The position numbers were made by a program, and so were the translations under genes. The notes beneath the pieces were generated by a model. It was not told where the DNA came from. It made no database searches and saw only the letters and a program-made list of their open reading frames with translations. Shown here in pieces: positions 10,028 to 20,150 of a DNA stretch of 64,000 nt. The first letter of the stretch is position 1; every line of letters begins with the position of its first letter. Source of the stretch: Candidatus Saccharimonadales bacterium (GTDB taxonomy: Bacteria > Patescibacteriota > Saccharimonadia > Saccharimonadales > UBA10212); contig DASTXL010000002.1 in the NCBI GenBank assembly GCA_035758565.1, positions 275,118 through 339,117 of the forward strand. Direction: 5' to 3'.

Positions 10028-10879
10028 ATGAACTTAACCAAACCATTTTTTATATTGGCGCCGATGGATGATGTCACCGACACGGTTTTTCGCCAGATCG
10101 TGGCTGATTGTGCCAAGCCGGATTTATTTTTTACAGAATTTGTTAATGTTGATGGTTTGCAAAGCCCCGGCCGTCCGCATTTACTGCCAAAGCTTTTATT
10201 AACAGACAAAGAAAAACCAGTTATCGCTCAGGTTTGGGGTTTGAAGCCGGATAACTACTATAAGACCACCCAAGAGTTAAAGAATATGGGTTTTGCCGGG
10301 GTAGACATCAACATGGGTTGTCCGGCAAAAACAGTCGTAAAGAATGGCGCGTGCAGCGCTTTGATTAATAACAAGCCATTAGCCGGTGAGATTATTGACG
10401 CGGTCAGGGAAGCTGCCGGCAGCGACTTCCCTGTCTCGGTTAAAACGCGTGTAGGTTTTACATCAGTAGACATGAGTTGGCCAGAATTTTTATTATCAAA
10501 AAAACTTAACATGTTAAGTATTCACGGCCGCACCCGGGCTGAAATGTCTAAAGTTCCAGCCAACTGGGAGCTAATTGGCGAGATCGTAAAAATGCGTGAT
10601 GCGCTCTGCCCTTCAACCTTAATTGTTGGTAACGGCGACGTGCGCAACCGCCAGCACGGTCTGGAATTAATAGAAAAATATAACTTAGACGGTGTAATGA
10701 TCGGTCGGGGAATATTTGACGACCCGTTTGTATTCGCCGAACGCAGTCCGTGGAGCGGGTGGACAAAAGACCAAAAGCTAAATCTTTTCAAAAAACATAT
10801 TGAGTTGCACGTAGAAACTTATAAAAACCGTGAGCGCCGATTTGAAACTCTGCGAAAATTCTGCAAAGTTTATAATTAA
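10028..10879 (+). CDS. dus: tRNA-dihydrouridine synthase
   Basis: LAPMDDVTDTVFR, GVDINMGCP and HGRT motifs. Confidence 0.8.
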   Translation: MNLTKPFFILAPMDDVTDTVFRQIVADCAKPDLFFTEFVNVDGLQSPGRPHLLPKLLLTDKEKPVIAQVWGLKPDNYYKTTQELKNMGFAGVDINMGCPAKTVVKNGACSALINNKPLAGEIIDAVREAAGSDFPVSVKTRVGFTSVDMSWPEFLLSKKLNMLSIHGRTRAEMSKVPANWELIGEIVKMRDALCPSTLIVGNGDVRNRQHGLELIEKYNLDGVMIGRGIFDDPFVFAERSPWSGWTKDQKLNLFKKHIELHVETYKNRERRFETLRKFCKVYN

Positions 10880-10882
10880 AAG

Positions 10883-12067
10883 ATGGGTGAATCAGATCAA
10901 AATCGGCGTCTCTATAGTATCGAGGGTGGCAAGCCCGATTCCATAAATGTGTCGAACACCTATGAAGAACTAGAAGACAGAAGCGTGCGCCTGGAATCGG
11001 TGGTGTTGGCGATCGAGCACCACCACGGCGAAGAGCAAATTGACAGGCTCGGGGTAACGACCAGGTTCTTACGGAACGGTTTTTTGATGATGCAAGAACT
11101 TGCTCATAGCGGCGGCCATAGATCCCTGTCTGATATATCGAATGAATTTGCGACTGCCTACGCCTTGGCAGCCCCGCAGCAAGATCAATCCGAGGCTTAT
11201 AACCGGCTAATGAAAAGCAACGCCGAAGCCTTGCACGAACTGCGAGAAGCGATGTTTGAACCTGAAGCCCAGTTTGTTGCTGACTATCCTCAAGGCGATT
11301 GGAGCGATCGAGAGCTAAAAGAAGCCGTGTTTGACGGCATCGGTCAGTCGGCGGCGATTTTAAGATTAATACTGCCCCAAAACGAAGGCGAAGAAACTTC
11401 GGCTTATTTAGCGCGCTGCAAAGATTTTATGCAGCGTTCGATTGATAGCATTCGCGAAGAGAGCGGCAAGGCAGACGAGGCGATATCGCTAATAAAAAAC
11501 GCCGATGAAATCATAGATGCGCTCGAGAGATTGGAGGTTAGGCCAGAAACTCGGTATGATCGAGGCTTAACTCTTTTAAGAATGGCAGTGTCAATGGTTG
11601 TTGGACTAGCCCGCGAGCCTAAGCAGAATCCTCTTACCTTTGCGCAGGCACAGATTCAGCAATTCGACAAACTTCCGGGCGAGCAGGGACGGCGAGCGGA
11701 GTCTATGCGCTTATTTGACTCTTTAGAATTCCTAGAAGAAACATACGATGAACTTGCCAGGTCAAACGACCCAGAAGCTGATGCTGTCCGCCACCGGGCA
11801 TTTTTAGAAAAGGAATTTTCAAGCGAAACTTTTGCTAACCCTGAAACCGAGAAAGACTTGCGTAAAATTCTCCACCATTCTTACGAAATACTAAAAATCT
11901 TAGCTGGCCCAGAAGCAGCAAATCACGACGACTTAATAGAGGTGATTAACAGGCTAAAGATAATTTTTTTACATCAAGGAGCAAGAATTACCAACCCTGA
12001 CGGGGTGGAAGCAGGCCACTTAAGATACTTGGCTTGGCAAGATTTTCCCGAGCCCGAATCTAAATAA
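10883..12067 (+). CDS. hypothetical protein (394 aa, acidic, helical)
   Basis: Long ORF in an operon-like position; no domain recognised. Confidence 0.4.
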   Translation: MGESDQNRRLYSIEGGKPDSINVSNTYEELEDRSVRLESVVLAIEHHHGEEQIDRLGVTTRFLRNGFLMMQELAHSGGHRSLSDISNEFATAYALAAPQQDQSEAYNRLMKSNAEALHELREAMFEPEAQFVADYPQGDWSDRELKEAVFDGIGQSAAILRLILPQNEGEETSAYLARCKDFMQRSIDSIREESGKADEAISLIKNADEIIDALERLEVRPETRYDRGLTLLRMAVSMVVGLAREPKQNPLTFAQAQIQQFDKLPGEQGRRAESMRLFDSLEFLEETYDELARSNDPEADAVRHRAFLEKEFSSETFANPETEKDLRKILHHSYEILKILAGPEAANHDDLIEVINRLKIIFLHQGARITNPDGVEAGHLRYLAWQDFPEPESK

Positions 12068-12092
12068 AAGAACTCCCAAAATAGAGTTCTTT

Positions 12093-12117
12093 TGGTGGGG
12101 CTGGTTGGATTTGAACC
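12093..12117 (-). repeat. duplicate of the 3' terminal 25 nt of tRNA-Ile2 (T-arm half, acceptor, CCA)
   Basis: tggtggggctggttggatttgaacc is identical at 12093-12117 and 12138-12162. Confidence 0.85.
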
Positions 12118-12137
12118 CGACTATGATAATGAAGTTT

Positions 12138-12213
12138 TGGTGGGGCTGGTTGGATTTGAACCAACGACCAATCAGTTATGAGCCGACTGCTCTAACCCCT
12201 GAGCTACAGCCCC
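12138..12213 (-). tRNA. tRNA with CAU anticodon, probably tRNA-Ile2 (lysidine)
   Basis: 76-nt cloverleaf, loop CTCATAA. Variable/T region TTGGTCGTTGGTTCAAATCC resembles E. coli ileX. tilS is present in the window. Confidence 0.7.
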
Positions 12214-12266
12214 TCGTCACAACGACAGAACTAGTATAACAGATAGCCTAAGGTATAATAATCCTT

Positions 12267-12716
12267 GTGCTTAGCAATTACACAAAATTTTTAAACAACC
12301 CCAAAATAAAGCAATTGGCGGATGTTAGGAATATCGCCCTTTACGTTTTTTGTTTAATTGTTCTAGCTATAACATGGAGCGGGGTTAAAACTCTTCAGAA
12401 TAATTACGAGCTGCAAAAGAAGATATCAACACTTAAGCAGCAAAATCAGGTTTTGCGCCTCCAGAATGAAAATACAGCACTGCAAAACCAATATTACCAA
12501 ACTAACGAATATTTAGATTTGGCGGCCAGGCAGGACCTGGGCTTAGCGGCTCCTGGCGAGAAGGTCTTATTAATTCCTAAGACTGTTGCCATGAAGTACG
12601 TTGATCAAACAGTCGCTGGTAGCACACAGTCAGCGAACCAAAGCGATCAGCAGTCGAAACATATTCAAAACCTGGAAGCCTGGCGGGATTTTTTACTGGG
12701 CCGCAAACCCCTATAA
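12267..12716 (+). CDS. FtsB/DivIC-like septum formation initiator
   Basis: N-terminal TM then a coiled coil (LQKKISTLKQQNQVLRLQNENTALQ); GTG start. Confidence 0.5.
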   Translation: MLSNYTKFLNNPKIKQLADVRNIALYVFCLIVLAITWSGVKTLQNNYELQKKISTLKQQNQVLRLQNENTALQNQYYQTNEYLDLAARQDLGLAAPGEKVLLIPKTVAMKYVDQTVAGSTQSANQSDQQSKHIQNLEAWRDFLLGRKPL

Positions 12717-12720
12717 CCAA

Positions 12721-12749
12721 TTGACAAAACCCCTCTAACAGATTAGAAT
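12721..12749 (+). promoter_or_regulatory. sigma70-like promoter upstream of the leader and tRNA-fMet
   Basis: TTGACA, 17 nt, TAGAAT. Confidence 0.5.
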
Positions 12750-12816
12750 TACTAATTGATTCTACTTTTAAGCAAGGGAAAGGTAGTAGCCACAATTTGC
12801 TAAAGCATTTTGGGGT

Positions 12817-12923
12817 CCCCACAAAATCAGCGAAGCGTATTTTGTGGGGTAGAGGAGCAGCCTAACCGTAAACCGAAGCTTTTGCTGAAAAGCAAAACGA
12901 GGTAACGGCGCAAGTTGCGACGA
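12817..12923 (+). repeat. structured tRNA 5' leader element, copy 2 (abuts tRNA-fMet)
   Basis: ccccacaaaat...attttgtgggg hairpin, AGAGGAGCA, CGAAGC-hairpin(GAAA loop)-CGAGG, GGCGCAAGTTGCGACGA. Confidence 0.75.
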
Positions 12924-12998
12924 CGCGGGGTGGAGCAGTGGCAGCTCGCGTGGCTCATAACCACGAGGTCGTAGGTTCGAATCCTACCCCCGCTACCA
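12924..12998 (+). tRNA. initiator tRNA-fMet(CAU)
   Basis: CGCGGGGTGGAGCAG... close to E. coli tRNA-fMet; 1:72 mismatch; encoded CCA. Confidence 0.9.
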
Positions 12999-13044
12999 AA
13001 TTTAGATAAATAAAAACTCTCGGGTACGGGAGTTATTTTTATAA

Positions 13045-13602
13045 ATGAGCAAGAACCAAGAGTCTAAGAACCCCTCTCGCGAGCGAGTCATACACGCCAT
13101 TGAAGCATCGGCCGCAGCCTACGGCTTGTATAAGGTTGCTAAGTATTGGGTGCGTCATCACCAAGATGCCGAAGACGTGGCTCAAAACGCCTATCTAAAA
13201 GCGCTTCGAGGCGCCGACCGGTTTCTTGGTGGCAGCGAGGTTGATACATGGCTTCATCGAATTGCTATCAATGCTTCTAAGGACGAGCTAGCCAAAAGAA
13301 AACACGATCCACTCACCGGACTTAATGAGGTAGACGAAGACTCTGTTTTATGTCTAGAAGACGAAGACGGCGCTCTGGACCCGGTATTTAGTTATTTACT
13401 CTCGGAGTCTAACGAGAGAGTTAAGGAACTGCTGGCAATTTTGCCGGAAGATCAAAAGAAAGCCGTTGGCCTGGAGCTGCTAGGCTTTAACGTCGAAGAA
13501 ACCTCAGATATGACCGGCATGCCGGCAGGAACAGTTAAGGCCTATAGACACCGTGGCCGCAAAACCATCGGGAAAAAACTCGAAGAAGAAAAAGGCCAAT
13601 AA
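13045..13602 (+). CDS. sigma-70 family (ECF-type) RNA polymerase sigma factor
   Basis: Region 2 (DVAQNAYLKALR...WLHRIAINASKD) and region 4 HTH (MTGMPAGTVKAYRHRGRK). Confidence 0.8.
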   Translation: MSKNQESKNPSRERVIHAIEASAAAYGLYKVAKYWVRHHQDAEDVAQNAYLKALRGADRFLGGSEVDTWLHRIAINASKDELAKRKHDPLTGLNEVDEDSVLCLEDEDGALDPVFSYLLSESNERVKELLAILPEDQKKAVGLELLGFNVEETSDMTGMPAGTVKAYRHRGRKTIGKKLEEEKGQ

Positions 13603-13651
13603 AAACTCCCGCGACAAAGAGTGGGAGTCTTTATTGGCTGGATTTAGACTC

Positions 13652-14338
<687 letters not shown>

Positions 14339-14587
14339 TTAACCTCCCGACCACATAGAAAAGACCTGTGCCGATAAAACGCATAGTTAAGATTTAACTA
14401 ATTTTCAGGAAATTTCGTTTGCAGTCTTAAAAATATTTTGTATCTTCCACCTCACAATTTGCGAAAGACACAATTTCCATCCTACAAAATCATAAAATTA
14501 TGTCAAACCCGTCCCTGTTGGCGCTGTTGTAAAGAATGAAAAACCCCGGACAAACCGGGGTTTTTCGTTTCGAAAATCGATTTAAAA

Positions 14588-14842
14588 TTAACGATTCTCT
14601 TTAGGGCGGGCCTGGTCGACAGAGATTGTGCGACCACCCAATTCGCTACCATTCATAGCGTCTTGGGCAGCTTTACCTTCGTCGTCGTTTTCGAATTCAA
14701 CGAAGCCAAAACCCTTGCTGCGGCCAGTTTCGCGGTCACGAACAACGGTAGCACTAGCTACGGTGCCGTGGGCAGCGAAAGCGTCGCGCAGTTCGTCGTC
14801 GGTAGTAGCAAAAGGCAAGCCACCTACAAACAATTTGTACAT
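14588..14842 (-). CDS. RRM-type RNA-binding protein
   Basis: RNP-2 LFVGGL and RNP-1 KGFGFVEF. Confidence 0.85.
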   Translation of the reverse strand: MYKLFVGGLPFATTDDELRDAFAAHGTVASATVVRDRETGRSKGFGFVEFENDDEGKAAQDAMNGSELGGRTISVDQARPKENR

Positions 14843-15007
14843 GTAGTTAAAACTTTCTAACTTATTTTTAGGAACGACCTCTTTTCAGTCTTTTTCGGTA
14901 AGGCCGCCCGTTAAGGACTGGAGCACTTCTCGAACAGAACAGATAAGATCCTGGCGTGATTTAAACATAAAAACAGACAATATACAATCATTTTATGACA
15001 GAAAATA

Positions 15008-15035
15008 TTGACTTTTTAAAATGTTTATGTATAAT
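15008..15035 (+). promoter_or_regulatory. near-consensus promoter for the small ORF unit
   Basis: TTGACT, 16 nt, TATAAT. Confidence 0.5.
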
Positions 15036-15089
15036 AAAAATCAGTTTTAGCCAAAAACAAAAAATTACAAAAATAAAAAGGGGAAGAAA

Positions 15090-15164
15090 ATGCCTGCACT
15101 GGCCTATGAGCTTTTGCCGTCAACAGACGAACGAATCGTAAAAATCGACAGTTTGTTGAACTAA
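15090..15164 (+). CDS. candidate 24-aa small protein (MPALAYELLPSTDERIVKIDSLLN)
   Basis: Purine-rich RBS (aaaaaggggaagaaa) ending at the ATG; intrinsic terminator at 15186-15212. Below the ORF-track cutoff. Confidence 0.3.
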   Translation: MPALAYELLPSTDERIVKIDSLLN

Positions 15165-15375
15165 AAGTTAAAGTTTTTGAGCACTAACCGGCTTTGCGAG
15201 AGCCGGTTTTTCTTTACTCGCCTAGTCTGCGAGCCTTGAGGTAGGGCGAGTGGGTAGAGTGATAAGCTTGAAAAGCCAAACAAAAAACGCGCCAACTTTA
15301 TTGCGCGATTTAATGCTCGGCTGAAAGGTAAACTTCTGCGCGCAGCTTTGAATATGAGTCCTCTTTTGTACTTTT

Positions 15376-15452
15376 TGGTAGCAGCGACTGGATTCGAACC
15401 AGTGACCGCAGGCTTATGAGTCCTGTGCTCTAACCAACTGAGCTACGCTGCC
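15376..15452 (-). tRNA. elongator tRNA-Met(CAU)
   Basis: 77-nt cloverleaf very similar to E. coli metT (GGC.. GTAGCTCAGTTGGTTAGAGCAC); encoded CCA. Confidence 0.85.
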
Positions 15453-15471
15453 ACAAAAAAGTACAAAACTT

Positions 15472-15497
15472 GTTCTAACCAACTGAGCTACCCTGGC
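15472..15497 (-). pseudogene. orphan tRNA 5' fragment (acceptor 5' strand plus D-arm) fused to leader copy 3
   Basis: GCCAGGGTAGCTCAGTTGGTTAGAAC follows the leader end GCGACGC and stops in the D-arm. Confidence 0.6.
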
Positions 15498-15610
15498 GCG
15501 TCGCAATTTACGCCTCTGCCTCGTTTTGCTATTCGCAAAAACTTCGGCTTGTGGCTAGATTGCTCCTTACAAATTTTACAAGCAAGACAATCACTTGTCT
15601 TGTAAAATTT
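15498..15610 (-). repeat. structured tRNA 5' leader element, copy 3
   Basis: Hairpin with agacaagtgattgtcttgct apex, AAGGAGCA, GCC, CGAAGT-hairpin-CGAGG, GGCGTAAATTGCGACGC. Confidence 0.7.
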
Positions 15611-15673
15611 AAAAATCAACAGGGGGAGTATAGCATTTTAAACTGTTAGTTGCCAGACTGCTAAAATAAGCTT

Positions 15674-16174
15674 ATGCAAACCACAGACCAGAAACAGGAT
15701 ATTGTCGATCGGGCTTTTAAAATCAGTCTGATTCTAAAAGGTCTGGACGGCTTGCTAGAAATTTTGAGCGGGCTTTTGCTTCTTGCCATAAGGCCGGAAC
15801 AAATTCAAAAGATCTCACACCACTTAACCGACTCGACGTTGGCGCGCAGTCCACACTCCTTCTGGGCCAGTCATGTTGCTACTTGGGCGTCTAACTTAGG
15901 TAAGGGGTCATTGATTTTCGGAGCAATTTATTTATTGAGTCACGGTATCGTAAAACTTTTTGTAGTCGTGCAGGTCTGGCGCAATAAATCCTGGGCCTAT
16001 CCGCTGCTATTGATTGTCATTGGGTTATTCGTTATATACCAGGTTTATTATTTGATTTTCAAAAAAGTCACGGCCGGCATGATTGCGCTAACTGTTTTCG
16101 ATCTAATAATTATTTATCTGACGTTTATCGAATATCGCCGGCACAAAGCTCGGCACAACTTTGCCGATAGCTAG
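15674..16174 (+). CDS. DUF2127-like membrane protein
   Basis: 166 aa, 4 TM. Confidence 0.45.
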   Translation: MQTTDQKQDIVDRAFKISLILKGLDGLLEILSGLLLLAIRPEQIQKISHHLTDSTLARSPHSFWASHVATWASNLGKGSLIFGAIYLLSHGIVKLFVVVQVWRNKSWAYPLLLIVIGLFVIYQVYYLIFKKVTAGMIALTVFDLIIIYLTFIEYRRHKARHNFADS

Positions 16175-16410
16175 TCACCTTTCCTGGGTGGAGAGTAGCC
16201 TAATATGCCGCGGTTGCCGGGGTCTTCGACTTCGTCGGCTCCAGAAATTCCTTCATCGTAATGCTCCATAGCATCAACATTTGTGTCGGCTTCCGGATGG
16301 GTGTCGTCGGTTGTGTCGTCGACGCCGTCCGGCGCCGAAAAAGGTGTTGAATAATCTTGAGGTAATTCCTCCTGGCGGTCTTCATCGTTGGTTACTCCTT
16401 GTGGTGGCAT
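16171..16410 (-). CDS. hypothetical acidic protein
   Basis: 79 aa, D/E-rich. Confidence 0.3.
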   Translation of the reverse strand: MPPQGVTNDEDRQEELPQDYSTPFSAPDGVDDTTDDTHPEADTNVDAMEHYDEGISGADEVEDPGNRGILGYSPPRKGD

Positions 16411-16534
16411 GGCAAATCCTCCCTTTTAGTATTTTTATTAAACTACCGCTTTAAAAATCCATAAGTTAAATAAGTTACAGCCCGTTGGTGCGACACGGAC
16501 TATCTTTAGTAAATAGTAACTTCAAGGAGGATTT

Positions 16535-17071
16535 ATGGCTGATTTATCTGGCAAAAAAGTGGCTGTTGTCGCAGCTGATTACTTTGAAGAAGCAGAACTA
16601 ACCGAGCCGGTCAAAGCCCTGCGCGAAGCCGGCGCAGAAGTTGAAGTAATTAGTGATAAAAAAGATAAGATTCAAGGTTTAAAGCACGTTGATCCCGGCC
16701 AAAAAGTTAAGGTCGACAAAAATCTCGATGAAGCTAATGCCGAAGACTACGATGCGCTAGTTCTTCCAGGCGGTGCGGTGAACGCCGATAACTTGCGCAT
16801 GAATCAGAAAGCTCGTGATTTTGTAACCAAGATTATGGATGAGGAAGGAAAACCTACAGCGGTGATATGCCATGCTCCGTGGATATTAGTTAGCGCGGGT
16901 TTGGCTCGCGGCAAGAAGCTGACAAGCTTTTTTACGATCCAAGACGATATGCGAAATGCCGGAGCCGAATGGGTTGATGAAGAAGTTGTGATTGACGACA
17001 ACTTAATTACTAGCCGCAACCCCGATGATTTGCCAGCATTTAACGATGCTCTAATTAACGCCCTGGCTTAG
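16535..17071 (+). CDS. DJ-1/PfpI family protein
   Basis: AVICHAPWIL nucleophile elbow, LPGG motif. Confidence 0.85.
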   Translation: MADLSGKKVAVVAADYFEEAELTEPVKALREAGAEVEVISDKKDKIQGLKHVDPGQKVKVDKNLDEANAEDYDALVLPGGAVNADNLRMNQKARDFVTKIMDEEGKPTAVICHAPWILVSAGLARGKKLTSFFTIQDDMRNAGAEWVDEEVVIDDNLITSRNPDDLPAFNDALINALA

Positions 17072-17331
17072 CTTGTTTTACGAGAAACCCAGCGCTTTTT
17101 AACGGCCGATACAGTTAGGGTCGAGACAAAGAAGCCGGCCACCGGCACCACGGCATTAACCCACGGATCGATATGGACGACAATTGAAAGGTAGCAGACA
17201 ACCGTAAGGTAGGTAAGAAGCATAATAATGAGCCGCCTGAGCCAGCTGGTTTCCCAGGCTTTATCAGCTTCAACCCGTTTGTTGCGGGCTTCCAACCTGT
17301 CGAGCCGTTTTAAGATTTCGGTATCTTTCAC
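17068..17331 (-). CDS. hypothetical 2-TM membrane protein
   Basis: 87 aa. Confidence 0.35.
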   Translation of the reverse strand: MKDTEILKRLDRLEARNKRVEADKAWETSWLRRLIIMLLTYLTVVCYLSIVVHIDPWVNAVVPVAGFFVSTLTVSAVKKRWVSRKTS

Positions 17332-17346
17332 TGCTAAGATAATAAA

Positions 17347-18237
17347 ATGGAATTGTCCGATTTGAAACCTGGTAAATACGTTGTGGCCGTAAGCGGGGGT
17401 GTGGACTCTATGGTTCTACTCGACATTTTGGCAAGCCAACTCGGCGCAAAGATTATCGTGGCGCACTTTAATCACGGAATTCGTTCGGATGCGCAGATCG
17501 ACGAAGAATTAGTTGTGCAGACTTCTAAAAAACATGGATTACCCATCGAGATTGGTAGGGCAAACTTAGGCCCCGAAGCCAGCGAAGCGGCTGCTCGCCA
17601 GGTTCGCTATAAATTTTTAGAAAACGTAAAAAAGAAATACGGCGCAAGTGCGATAATCACCGCTCATCATCAGGATGACTTGATTGAAACAGCCTTCATC
17701 AATATTTTGCGCGGCACAGGACCTAGAGGTCTAACGGCCATTAGCAATAACACTGGCGTACTCAGGCCGCTATTAAAAGTTGGTAAAAATGAAATTATCG
17801 AATATGCCAAGAAAAATAATATTAAATGGCACGAAGATTCCACCAACAGTGACGATAAATACTTGCGCAATTACTTACGTTTAAAAGTTATTCCGAATCT
17901 GAGCACTAGGCAGCGAGATAACCTGCTAGAAAACCTTAGCAATCTGGCCAGCAACACGCAGGTCAAAACCGAAGCGCTTCAAGACCTGAACGGCTACCTG
18001 GCAACCAAGGACGGGATCATCAGATCCAGGCTAAGCGTTCTTTCTAACGATGTTGCTTCGGAATTCATTGCGCACTGGCTAAGAATGTCCGGCTTTTTTG
18101 ACTACGATAAAAAATTAATTAACAGCTTGCTTGCTTTTGTCAAAACCGGCCAACCGTCGGCTCGGTTTAACCTGGGGAAAAATATAGACGTAGTTTTGTC
18201 TAAAACGACCGCCTTACTAGAGACTAATGACCGCTAA
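17347..18237 (+). CDS. tilS: tRNA(Ile)-lysidine synthetase
   Basis: PP-loop VAVSGGVDS and AHHQDD motifs. Confidence 0.85.
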   Translation: MELSDLKPGKYVVAVSGGVDSMVLLDILASQLGAKIIVAHFNHGIRSDAQIDEELVVQTSKKHGLPIEIGRANLGPEASEAAARQVRYKFLENVKKKYGASAIITAHHQDDLIETAFINILRGTGPRGLTAISNNTGVLRPLLKVGKNEIIEYAKKNNIKWHEDSTNSDDKYLRNYLRLKVIPNLSTRQRDNLLENLSNLASNTQVKTEALQDLNGYLATKDGIIRSRLSVLSNDVASEFIAHWLRMSGFFDYDKKLINSLLAFVKTGQPSARFNLGKNIDVVLSKTTALLETNDR

Positions 18238-18251
18238 AACTGATATAATGT

Positions 18252-20132
18252 ATGGATATGGACAGAAAGAAATTACGACTGAATAGTGGCCGAGGCGGCA
18301 AGAACAAGAACAACAATTTTAAAAATGTTGGTTTTATAGTGCTGGTTATTCTGTTTGGTTTGATTTTTTATGCGGCTTTCAAAACGCCCACTCAACTAAA
18401 AACAGTTCCTTTTTCTCAGGTTATTAGTCAGGCCAACGATGGTCAAATCAAGCAAATAACCGTCAACGGCGACGAGCTAGATATTATACCCAAAGGCAAA
18501 AGCGTAGTTACCGAAAAATCTTACAAAGAACCAGGTTCAAGCATTTACGAACAAGGTCTAAAGCAGGGCAAAGTTGAGCTGGTTAACAAGCCAACCAGCG
18601 ACAGCGGTACCAGCATTTGGGATCAACTGCTGGTTGGAGTTTTGCCGGTGGTGATAATCGCTTTGATTTTGATTTTCATGTTCAGGAGCGCGCAGGGTCA
18701 GGGCAATCAAGCACTAAGTTTCGGTAAAAGCCGCGCCCGTTTGTATGGTACCGAGAAAGACAAGATAAACTTTTCTAGTGTTGCCGGAAACGATGAGGCC
18801 AAACAGGATCTGCAAGAAGTGGTAGAGTTTTTGAAGTTTCCTAAAAAGTTTGAGGGCGTGGGCGCCAAAATTCCAAAAGGCGTTTTGCTGGTTGGTCCAC
18901 CCGGAACCGGTAAAACCATGCTGGCCCGGGCCGTAGCCGGCGAGGCCAACGCGCCATTCTTTTCAATCAGCGGTTCTGAATTCGTGGAGATGTTTGTGGG
19001 CGTTGGTGCTAGCCGAGTACGTGACTTATTTAATAAGGCCAAAAAGAATTCGCCGTGCATAATCTTTATCGACGAAATTGATGCTGTCGGTCGCCGTCGC
19101 GGATCCGGCATGGGTGGTGGGCACGATGAGCGCGAGCAAACTTTGAACCAGATTTTGGTAGAAATGGACGGCTTTGAACAAGGCCAGAACGTTATTGTTC
19201 TTGCCGCTACTAACCGCGCCGATGTACTCGATCCAGCGTTGCTTCGCCCAGGGCGCTTTGACCGCCGTGTCAACATTGACCTCCCGGACCGCCCAGCCCG
19301 CGAATCTATACTGAAGGTTCACTTTGCCGACAAGCCAGTCAGCAAAGATGTCGACCTCAACTCGTTGGCTGCCAAAACTGCCGGCAGCAGCGGTGCCGAC
19401 CTGGCCAATATTGCTAACGAAGCAGCAATTTTAGCCGCTCGCAATAATCGCAAAGTAATCGAGAACGAAGACGTAGTTAACGCTTTCGAAAAAGTCGCCA
19501 TTGGTCCGGAGCGCAAAAGCAAAGTAATGAGCGACAAAGAAAAAGAGCTCACCGCTTATCATGAGGCTGGCCATGCCGTGGTTGGCCATGTGCTGCCAGA
19601 CAGCGACATGGTTCACAAGGTTACCATCATCCCGCGTGGCCCAACCGGTGGCGTCACCTGGTTTATTCCACCGGAAGATAAGAGCTATCACAGCATCATT
19701 GAATATAAAGATGTACTAGCTCGAATGTTGGGTGGTCGTATCGCCGAGGAGCTCATCTACGGGTCGGAGCGTGTAACCACTGGCGCTGGCAACGATTTGC
19801 AAAAGGCCGCCGAACTAGCCCGCGAGATGGTAGTCAACCAGGGTATGGGCAAAAAATTGCGCGACCAAGTTTTTCATGTTGACGAAGGCGTGATGCTGGA
19901 TCGCCTGGTTCGCGAGCGCCAATATTCGGACGAAACTGCCAAGGTCATAGACGATGAAGTTGAGAACCTGATTACAGAGGCCGCCAACAGGGCCCGTACC
20001 GTTCTTAAATCTAATATGGATAAACTTGAGGTTCTTAAAAAAGCCCTAATAGAAAAAGAAACCGTCGAAGCCGACGATGTAATGAAATTGCTAAAAGGAT
20101 CGCACTTACCCAAAGCCGCCGCCTTGTACTAA
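18252..20132 (+). CDS. ftsH: ATP-dependent zinc metalloprotease FtsH
   Basis: Walker [18 protein letters not shown] zinc site. Confidence 0.95.
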   Translation: MDMDRKKLRLNSGRGGKNKNNNFKNVGFIVLVILFGLIFYAAFKTPTQLKTVPFSQVISQANDGQIKQITVNGDELDIIPKGKSVVTEKSYKEPGSSIYEQGLKQGKVELVNKPTSDSGTSIWDQLLVGVLPVVIIALILIFMFRSAQGQGNQALSFGKSRARLYGTEKDKINFSSVAGNDEAKQDLQEVVEFLKFPKKFEGVGAKIPKGVLLVGPPGTGKTMLARAVAGEANAPFFSISGSEFVEMFVGVGASRVRDLFNKAKKNSPCIIFIDEIDAVGRRRGSGMGGGHDEREQTLNQILVEMDGFEQGQNVIVLAATNRADVLDPALLRPGRFDRRVNIDLPDRPARESILKVHFADKPVSKDVDLNSLAAKTAGSSGADLANIANEAAILAARNNRKVIENEDVVNAFEKVAIGPERKSKVMSDKEKELTAYHEAGHAVVGHVLPDSDMVHKVTIIPRGPTGGVTWFIPPEDKSYHSIIEYKDVLARMLGGRIAEELIYGSERVTTGAGNDLQKAAELAREMVVNQGMGKKLRDQVFHVDEGVMLDRLVRERQYSDETAKVIDDEVENLITEAANRARTVLKSNMDKLEVLKKALIEKETVEADDVMKLLKGSHLPKAAALY

Positions 20133-20150
20133 TCAAATAGACCTTAAGAA

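Noticed and set aside
14339-14545. Cyclic-di-AMP (ydaO) riboswitch upstream of the Rpf-type gene, as in some Actinobacteria
   Set aside because: The ~150-nt leader is AT-rich and lacks the conserved ydaO core motifs. Only a promoter-like TTGACA/TAGGAT pair is seen.
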